NCBI RefSeq assembly: GCF_902713615.1
Contig: NC_052174.1
Span: 15,702,482-15,744,513 of the forward strand
DNA length: 42,032 bases
Direction: 5' to 3'
Source of the DNA: Scyliorhinus canicula
Lineage: Eukaryota
The notes beneath the pieces are model-generated. The model made no database searches and was not told the origin of the DNA. It worked only from the letters and a program-made list of their open reading frames with translations. Position 1 is the stretch's first letter; every line of letters starts with the position of its first letter. The position numbers and the translations under genes were made by a program. Positions 33,611 through 42,032 of this stretch are shown in pieces.

Positions 33611-36600
33611 CACTGCCCAGTGTGGCCATGGAGACCCCACAGCTACATCCTGACAGCCCAGTGTGGCTATGGAGACCACACAGCTACATCCTGACAGCCC
33701 AGTGTGGCCATGGAGACATCGTCACTGCCCAGTGTGGCCATGGAGACATCGTCACTGCCCAGTGTGGCTATGGAGACCCCACTGCCCAGTGTGGCCATGG
33801 AGACATCGTCACTGCCCAGTGTGGCCATGGAGACCTCACTGCCCAGTGTGGCCATGGAGACCCCACTGCCCAGTGTGGCCATGGAGACCCCACTGCCCAG
33901 TGTGGCCATGGAGACATCGTCACTGCCCAGTGTGGCTATGGAGACATCGTCACTGCCCAGTGTGGCCATGGAGACCACACAGCTACATCCTGACTGCCCA
34001 GTGTGGCCATGGAGACCCCACAGCTACATCCTGACAGCCCAGTGTGGCCATGGAGACATCGTCACTGCCCAGTGTGGCCATGGAGACATCGTCACTGCCC
34101 AGTGTGGCCATGGAGACATCGTCACTGCCCAGTGTGGCCATGGAGACCCCACTGCCCAGTGTGGCCATGGAGATCCCACTGCCCAGTGTGGCCATGGAGA
34201 CCCCACTGCCCAGTGTGGCCATGGAGACCCCACTGCCCAGTGTGGCCATGGAGACCTCACTGCCCAGTGTGGCCATGGAGACCCCACTGCCCAGTGTGGC
34301 CATGGAGACATCGTCACTGCCCAGTGTGGCCATGGAGACCCCACTGCCCAGTGTGGCCATGGAGATCCCACTGCCCAGTGTGGCCATGGAGACCCCACTG
34401 CCCAGTGTGGCCATAGAGATCACACTGCCCAGTGTGGCCACGGGGACATCGTCACTGCCCAGTGTGGCCATGGAGACATCGTCACTGCCCAGTGTGGCCA
34501 TAGAGATCACACTGCCCAGTGTGGCCATGGAGACATTGTCACTGCCCAGTGTGACCATGGAGACCCCACTGCCCAGTGTGGCCACGGGGACATCGTCACT
34601 GCCCAGTGTGGCCATGGAGACCCCACTGCCCAGTGTGGCCACGGGGACATCGTCACTGCCCAGTGTGGCCATGGAGACCCCACTGCCCAGTGTGGCCATG
34701 GAGACCCCACTGCCCAGTGTGGCCATGGAGACCCCACTGCCCAGTGTGGCCATGGAGACCCCACTGCCCAGTGTGGCCATGGAGACATCGTCACTGCCCA
34801 GTGCGGCCATGGAGACATTGTCACTGCCCAGTGTGGCCATGGAGACCACACTGCCCAGTGTGGCCATGGAGACCCCACTGCCCAGTGTGGCCATGGAGAC
34901 ATCGTCACTGCCCAGTGTGGCCATGGAGACCCCACTGCCCAGTGTGGCCATGGAGACCCCACTGCCCAGTGTGGCCATGGAGACCACACTGCCCAGTGTG
35001 GCCATGGAGACCCCACTGCCCAGTGTGGCCATGGAGACCACACTGCCCAGTGTGGCCATGGAGACCCCACTGCCCAGTGTGGCCATGGAGATCACACTGC
35101 CCAGTGTGGCCATGGAGACCCCACTGCCCAGTGTGGCCATGGAGACCCCACTGCCCAGTGTGGCCATGGAGACCCCACTGCCCAGTGTGGCCATGGAGAC
35201 CCCACTGCCCAGTGTGGCCATGGAGACCCCACTGCCCAGTGTGGCCATGGAGACCCCACTGCCCAGTGTGGCCATGGAGACCCCACTGCCCAGTGTGGCC
35301 ATGGAGACATCGTCACTGCCCAGTGTGGCCATGGAGACCCCACTGCCCAGTGTGGCCATGGAGACCCCACTGCCCAGTGTGGCCATGGAGACCCCACTGC
35401 CCAGTGTGGCCATGGAGACCCCACTGCCCAGTGTGGCCATGGAGACATCGTCACTGCCCAGTGTGGCCATGGAGACCCCACTGCCCAGTGTGGCCATGGA
35501 GACATCGTCACTGCCCAGTGTGGCCATGGGGACATCGTCACTGCCCAGTGTGGCCATGGAGACCCCACTGCCCAGTGTGGCCATGGTGACCCCACTGCCC
35601 AGTGTGGCCATGGAGACCCCACTGCCCAGTGTGGCCATGGAGACCCCACTGCCCAGTGTGGCCATGGAGACATCGTCACTGCCCAGTGTGGCCATGGAGA
35701 CATCGTCACTGCCCAGTGTGGCCATGGAGACCCCACTGCCCAGTGTGGCCATGGAGACATCGTCACTGCCCAGTGTGACCATGGAGACCCCACTGCCCAG
35801 TGTGGCCATGGAGACCCCACAGCTACATCCTGACAGCCCAGTGTGGCCATGGAGACATCGTCACTGCCCAGTGTGGCCATGGAGACCCCACTGCCCAGTG
35901 TGGCCATGGAGACATCGTCACTGCCCAGTGTGGCCATGGAGACCCCACAGCTACATCCTGACTGCCCAGTGTGGCCATGGAGACCCCACAGCTACATCCT
36001 GACAGCCCAGTGTGGCCATGGAGACATCGTCACTGCCTAGTGTGGCCATGGAGACCCCACTGCCCAGTGTGGCCATGGAGACATCGTCACTGCCCAGTGT
36101 GGCCATGGAGACCCCACTGCCCAGTGTGGCCATGGAGACCCCACTGCCCAGTGTGGCCATGGAGACCTCACTGCCCAGTGTGGCCACGGGGACATCGTCA
36201 CTGCCCAGTGTGGCCATGGAGACATCGTCACTGCCCAGTGTGGCCATGGAGACCCCACTGCCCAGTGTGGCCATGGAGACCTCACTGCCCAGTGTGGCCA
36301 TGGAGACATCGTCACTGCCCAGTGTGGCCATGGAGACATCGTCACTGCCCAGTGTGGCCATGGAGACCACACTGCCCAGTGTGGCCATGGAGACATCGTC
36401 ACTGCCCAGTGTGGCCATGGAGACCACACTGCCCAGTGTGGCCATGGAGACCCCACTGCCCAGTGTGGCCATGGAGACCCCACTGCCCAGTGTGGCCATG
36501 GAGACCCCACTGCCCAGTGTGGCCATGGAGATCACACTGCCCAGTGTGGCCATGGAGACCCCACTGCCCAGTGTGGCCATGGAGATCACACTGCCCAGTG

Positions 36601-37317
36601 TGGCCATGGAGACCCCACTGCCCAGTGTGGCCATGGAGACATCGTCACTGCCCAGTGTGGCCATGGAGACATCGTCACTGCCCAGTGTGGCCATGGAGAC
36701 CCCACTGCCCAGTGTGGCCATGGAGACCTCACTGCCCAGTGTGGCCATGGAGACATCGTCACTGCCCAGTGTGGCCATGGAGACATCGTCACTGCCCAGT
36801 GTGGCCATGGAGACCACACTGCCCAGTGTGGCCATGGAGACATCGTCACTGCCCAGTGTGGCCATGGAGACCACACTGCCCAGTGTGGCCATGGAGACCC
36901 CACTGCCCAGTGTGGCCATGGAGACCCCACTGCCCAGTGTGGCCATGGAGACCCCACTGCCCAGTGTGGCCATGGAGATCACACTGCCCAGTGTGGCCAT
37001 GGAGACCCCACTGCCCAGTGTGGCCATGGAGATCACACTGCCCAGTGTGGCCATGGAGACCCCACTGCCCAGTGTGGCCATGGAGACCCCACTGCCCAGT
37101 GTGGCCATGGAGACCCCACTGCCCAGTGTGGCCATGGAGACCCCACTGCCCAGTGTGGCCATGGAGACCACACTGCCCAGTGTGGCCATGGAGACCCCAC
37201 TGCCCAGTGTGGCCATGGAGATCCCACTGCCCAGTGTGGCCATGGAGACATCGTCACTGCCCAGTGTGGCCATGGAGACATCGTCACTGCCCAGTGTGGC
37301 CATGGAGACCCCACTGC
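33611..37317. repeat. 27/30/41-bp variant minisatellite (cactgcccagtgtggccatggaga plus a variable 3 or 6 nt)
   Basis: More than 120 units; source of the LPSVAMET pseudo-ORFs. Confidence 0.97.
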
Positions 37318-38690
37318 TAAATCCCCCCCCCCCACCCTGTGCTGAAGGGAGTCACTTCCTGTTGCTGCACAAACTATTCCCAGTTATCACTCCAATGTCC
37401 ATGTCTCAACCTGCAGTTGGGAGTCTCCACTCCAGGGCTGCTCATGCAGTACGATACACAGGAGGCTGGCCATTCAGCCCTTCTAGCCCATGCTAGGATT
37501 CAACTGGACCCCTTTACCCACCTCAGCTCCCGCAGTAACCCCAATCCCCAAATCAAGGAACGAAAAGTTTCAATTTCCAAAGTTTCCATCGTTGCCAAAA
37601 ACTTTGTTTGGGGGTTGGAAAAAAAGGATTCAGATTTCTGACACTCTCCAGGTGTTTGAAAAGTTCCCCTCCCCACTTCCTCCGCGATCGCCTGGACTCT
37701 CAGTTTAAGGTCACAGCCTCCTCCCTCGTTCCTGCCTGAAAGGGAGGGGGTGGCGGGGATTCTAACCAGCATGCAGATCGAGACAACGCTGTAGAGGATG
37801 AGGGAAGGAAACGCGGCTTCCAACCGCGGTCGGTCGGACCGAGGGACAGAACAGGCGGGAGGGGGCCGAATGGTCCACCGCCGCTCCCAGCCCTCACCCT
37901 GGCCCATTTAAGCTCGGGTAACCTCCCCCACCCCCTCCAATTCACCGCACCCTGCTGGGTCTCAAAAAACAACGATCCTTGCCTGTGACGGCGCTGGAGT
38001 ACCTGCCTTGTTTAAGCTCAACCCCCTCCCACCCGCCCCCTCCCCCCCCCCTCTGAAAAATCTCTAACAGAATCAACGGACGTCAGTTAACAGAGAGAAA
38101 AAAAAAATAACCCTAGCCAAAGAAACTGTACAAATCACCAAATTAATTTGTGTTTTTTTTTAAAATATAAAACCTTTTACTTCAAGAATTATTTGTTTCG
38201 GCAGCTTACGTACGGATAAAATAATAATACTTAGGTGTCGAAGTCATCTCGAAGAATCTCAAGTGTGCGAGCGAGCGTTTTGTAGACTTTTTTCATTACC
38301 AGTGATTTTTTGCCCCTGACTAACTAAGCTCTAACACTTTGGGATTACTAGACACTGCATTGTGCGCAGTGTGTGGCTAGCTAGCTCTTCTCAGCACAAA
38401 GGTTTCCAACGGCACCGTGCCATCATTGCCTTCAGATTTGCTCTCTTGCACCTTGTTTTCGAAGGGGGGGAAGAAAGGTGTCAGAATTAACATTATACAA
38501 ACCAAAAAAAAAAGACTTTAAACTCCAGATAACAAAAGGACAAAAAGTTAAGAGGTTAGTTAAACAGCGATACCTTCCCCTCCCACTTCAGTGGAGAGGC
38601 GCACACACAGAGCGAGCGAGCTACAATGGTGCACTCCAGCGCACGGTCTTCCTGGGTCAGATTAACAAACGGAACAAAAATACCCGAGAC

Positions 38691-38707
38691 AGAGAGAGGG
38701 AGAGAGG

Positions 38708-38750
<43 letters not shown>

Positions 38751-38760
38751 AGGGAGGGGA
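38691..38760. repeat. (AG)n / purine-rich microsatellite
   Basis: Visible immediately before the gap. Confidence 0.92.
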
Positions 38761-38762
38761 TG

Positions 38763-39262
38763 NNNNNNNNNNNNNNNNNNNNNNNNNNNNNNNNNNNNNN
38801 NNNNNNNNNNNNNNNNNNNNNNNNNNNNNNNNNNNNNNNNNNNNNNNNNNNNNNNNNNNNNNNNNNNNNNNNNNNNNNNNNNNNNNNNNNNNNNNNNNNN
38901 NNNNNNNNNNNNNNNNNNNNNNNNNNNNNNNNNNNNNNNNNNNNNNNNNNNNNNNNNNNNNNNNNNNNNNNNNNNNNNNNNNNNNNNNNNNNNNNNNNNN
39001 NNNNNNNNNNNNNNNNNNNNNNNNNNNNNNNNNNNNNNNNNNNNNNNNNNNNNNNNNNNNNNNNNNNNNNNNNNNNNNNNNNNNNNNNNNNNNNNNNNNN
39101 NNNNNNNNNNNNNNNNNNNNNNNNNNNNNNNNNNNNNNNNNNNNNNNNNNNNNNNNNNNNNNNNNNNNNNNNNNNNNNNNNNNNNNNNNNNNNNNNNNNN
39201 NNNNNNNNNNNNNNNNNNNNNNNNNNNNNNNNNNNNNNNNNNNNNNNNNNNNNNNNNNNNNN
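38763..39262. other. Assembly gap (500 N placeholder)
   Basis: Exactly 500 N. Confidence 1.
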
Positions 39263-39715
<453 letters not shown>

Positions 39716-39719
39716 CATT

Positions 39720-40040
39720 GGAGGGAGGGAGGGGGTGGGGGGAGGGGGTGGGGGGTGGAGGGAGGGAGGGGGTGGGGGGAGGGGGTGGGTGAGGGGGTGG
39801 GGGTGGGGGGTGGGGGGGTGGGGGTGGGGGGTGGGGGGGTGGAGGGAGGGGGTGGGGGGTGGGGGGTGGAGGGAGGGGGTGGAGGGTGGGGGGGTGGGGG
39901 GAGGGGTGGAGGGTGGGGGGGTGGGGGGAGCGGGTGGGGGGTGGGGGGGGTGGGGGGGTGGAGGGTGGGGGGGTGGGGGGAGGGGGTGGGGGGGTGGAAG
40001 GAGGGGGTGGGGGGGTGGAAGGAGGGGGGAAAGAGCGGGG
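39720..40040. repeat. G-rich low-complexity tract (GGGGGT/GGAGGG)n in PSMB6 intron 1
   Basis: About 320 bp of nearly pure G runs. Confidence 0.92.
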
Positions 40041-40114
40041 ACGGGCTGAGTCACGGCGGCCCGCGGGGAGGCTCAGCACAGACCCCAGACCCCGGCCCCC
40101 GCGCTGACACTCAC

Positions 40115-40231
40115 TCCAGTGCTGACTTCCTGCCTCAGCCACTCGGGGTAAAGGTCGGAGCTGCAATGAGCGAAGGCGGGCCCGAGGCCGCGGATCCCGA
40201 CCGGTGGCAGCGCCGTAAACACAGCCGCCAT
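40115..40231 (-). CDS. PSMB6: PSMB6 exon 1 (propeptide) MAAVFTALPPVGIRGLGPAFAHCSSDLYPEWLRQEVSTG
   Basis: aagATGG context, 39 codons, GGA|gtgagt donor; ends in the P.W...EVSTG propeptide motif; CpG-rich surroundings. Confidence 0.93.
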
Positions 40232-40234
40232 CTT
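40224..40234 (-). promoter_or_regulatory. YY1 consensus (AAGATGGCGGC) overlapping the PSMB6 start codon
   Basis: Exact match to the extended YY1 motif, a common arrangement at housekeeping-gene starts. Binding is not shown. Confidence 0.5.
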
Positions 40235-40250
40235 CAGACCAACACGGGGT

Positions 40251-40471
40251 TTGCCGGGAACGTGGAGGAGCGGCGGCCGCGGGGATTGCCGGGAACGTGG
40301 AGGAGCGGCGGCCGCGGGGATTGCCGGGAAGCGTGGAGGAGCGGCGGCCGCGGGGCTTGCCGGGAACGTGGAGGAGCGGCGGCCGCGGGGATTGCCGGGA
40401 ACGTGGAGGAGCGGCGGCCGCGGGGATTGCCGGGAACGTGGAGGAGCGGCGGCCGCGGGGATTGCCGGGAA
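40251..40471. repeat. GC-rich 35-bp minisatellite (ttgccgggaacgtggaggagcggcggccgcgggga), about 6 copies, at the PSMB6 5' end
   Basis: Tandem copies, each containing GCGGCCGC. Confidence 0.95.
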
Positions 40472-40771
40472 AGCCCCCCACCCCCAACACAGTAACTCCA
40501 CCCAACCAATTGAAAGATTGGGTTTTTGGGATAGGCTGGAAGGGGCAGACTGAATGGCCTCATGCACTGTAAATTCTGTGAAAGAGGACGGAATGTAATG
40601 CAATAATTTTATGTAACAAGTGTAAATAGCCTCTGACCACTTGGTGTGATGTCTGGACAGAGCCAGCTGTCAGTAGCATGGTTAGAGGCTCCATAGTTTG
40701 GTCAGCAATAGTTAACCCACAGTTTATTCAACATTAAATGTTGTTCTGTCGTACACTGATTCATTTATTTA

Positions 40772-41000
40772 TTTATTTTTCTAAATTTAGATGACCCAAT
40801 TAATTTTTTCCAATTAAGGGACAATTTAGCGTGGCCAATCCATCTACTCTGCACATTTTTGGGTTGTGGGGGCGAAACCCACGCAGACACGGGGAGAATG
40901 TGCAAACTCCACACGGACAGTGACCCAGAGCAGGGTTCGAACCTGGGACCTCGGCCCCGTGAGGCAACTGTGCTAACCCACTGTGCCACCGTGCTGCCCT
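40772..41000 (-). mobile_element. tRNA-derived SINE with TSD
   Basis: Minus-strand head gggcagcacggtggcacagtgg; direct repeat cactgattcatttattta at 40754-40771 and 41001-41018. Confidence 0.92.
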
Positions 41001-41018
41001 CACTGATTCATTTATTTA

Positions 41019-41364
41019 GAATTATTTAGAACAGTGCAGCACAGAACAGGCCCTTCGGCCCTCGATGTCGTGCCGAGCCATGATCACCCTACTCAACCCA
41101 CGTATCCACCCTATACCCGTAACCCAACAACCCCCCCCCCTAACCTTACTTTTATTAGGACACTACGGGCAATTTAGCATGGCCAATCCACCTAACCCGC
41201 ACATCTTTGGACTGTGGGAGGAAACCGGAGCACCCGGAGGAAACCCACGCAGACACAGGGGGAGGACGTGCAGACTCCACACAGACAGTCACCCAGCCGG
41301 GAATCGAACCTGGGACCCTGGAGCTGTGAAGCATTTATGCTAACCACCATGCTACCCTGCTGCC
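41019..41364 (-). mobile_element. Full-length tRNA-derived SINE (HE1-like)
   Basis: Reverse complement of head, core and CR1-like tail (gagggccgaagggcctgttctgtgctg). Confidence 0.9.
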
Positions 41365-41429
41365 ATTGTACGTGAACTTATTACCATTTTATTACCATTT
41401 ATTACCATTGTACGTGAACAGCTGGAAAG

Positions 41430-41990
41430 GCGGAGGAGCGGGTGCGATTTTTTTAATCAGTTGGGACTCTGGAATGAAGTACTGAGCAGGGATAACTCCA
41501 CCTCCTCGTGTGCAAGGCCTAATGCAGCTGAAAGTGGTGCACAGAGTGCACCTGACAAGAACCAGAATGAGCAGATTCTTTCCGGTACCAGGGAGGCCCG
41601 TCCAACCACGACCACATGTTCTATCAGGTTCTGGACAGCCTTCTTCGAGGCAATGGTCAAGGTTGTGGGGGTGAGGGTGGAGCCGTGCCCAAAGGTGGCC
41701 TTCATAGTATTGGACCAGCTGGAACTATTCATGGGGAAGATGCTGGCGCCCTTGCCTTTGCTTCGTTAATCACCCGCTGGGGAATCCTGCTCAGCTGGCG
41801 ATCAGCAGCACCCCCCACAGCTGCAGACTGGCTGGCAGACCTATTGGTTTCCCCACTTGGACAAGATCAAGTTCACCATTCAAGAGTCAGAGGACGTCTT
41901 CCACAAAGAATGGAGACCTTTCACCAACTTGTTCCAGGACCTGTTTGAGGCCAACAGCCAATAGAACGGGGGGGACACACGGGAGCCAAT
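41430..41990 (+). mobile_element. Decayed L1-clade ORF2 C-terminal remnant
   Basis: NSTSSCAR..MQLKVVHR.HLTRTRMSRFF, FWTAFFEAM.KVVGVRVEPCP, ALAFASLI..ILL.WRSAAPP..DWLADL across frameshifts. Confidence 0.8.
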
Positions 41991-42032
41991 GGGACCAGTC
42001 AGGAAATGGAGAGGGAGGGGAAGTGGGTGAGG

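Noticed and set aside
33611-37317. CRISPR-like constant repeat plus variable spacer pattern
   Set aside because: The variable parts are only 3-6 nt and recur, there are no cas genes, and the context is a vertebrate intron.
853-37496. Long repetitive ORFs (LHCTPLAH, VRYRVKLPLH, GESQTQTP, EGVPHCQRVST, HSADTFPYQ, LPSVAMET)
   Set aside because: They are translations of stop-free minisatellite units, open in several frames and strands, mostly inside introns of recognisable genes, with no splice or domain support.

Overview
This is vertebrate genomic DNA, most likely from a shark or other elasmobranch. That is an inference from the HE1/V-SINE-type SINEs, CR1 LINEs and minisatellite families, not a database result. 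The window consists of three contigs joined by two gaps of exactly 500 N (15135-15634 and 38763-39262). Contig 1 carries the last three coding exons (NTR domain), 3' UTR and poly(A) signal of a PCOLCE-family gene on the + strand. Contig 2 carries nine consecutive internal exons of SRRT/ARS2 on the - strand, with compatible splice phases; its 5' and 3' exons are not visible. Contig 3 carries exons 1-2 of PSMB6 on the - strand. By hand tally, about 22 kb (roughly 55% of called bases) is tandem repeat from at least 11 unrelated minisatellite families, which fill introns almost up to the splice signals. The rest is CR1, L1 and Rex1 fragments, SINEs, a solo LTR and a small palindromic Penelope-like element. 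Almost all long ORFs in the supplied track are repeat or gap artefacts. The four best leads are: (1) two oppositely oriented copies of one 33-bp minisatellite in different SRRT introns, bracketing six exons (predicted long dsRNA and a 754-nt circRNA); (2) a TSD-flanked hairpin element with a minimal hammerhead ribozyme core in an SRRT intron; (3) a repeat-free island in SRRT intron 5 with a candidate stop-containing cassette exon; (4) dispersed minisatellites without transposon hallmarks that mostly share a CACTG/CAGTG core. All homology calls come from recalled family sequences, not from a search.
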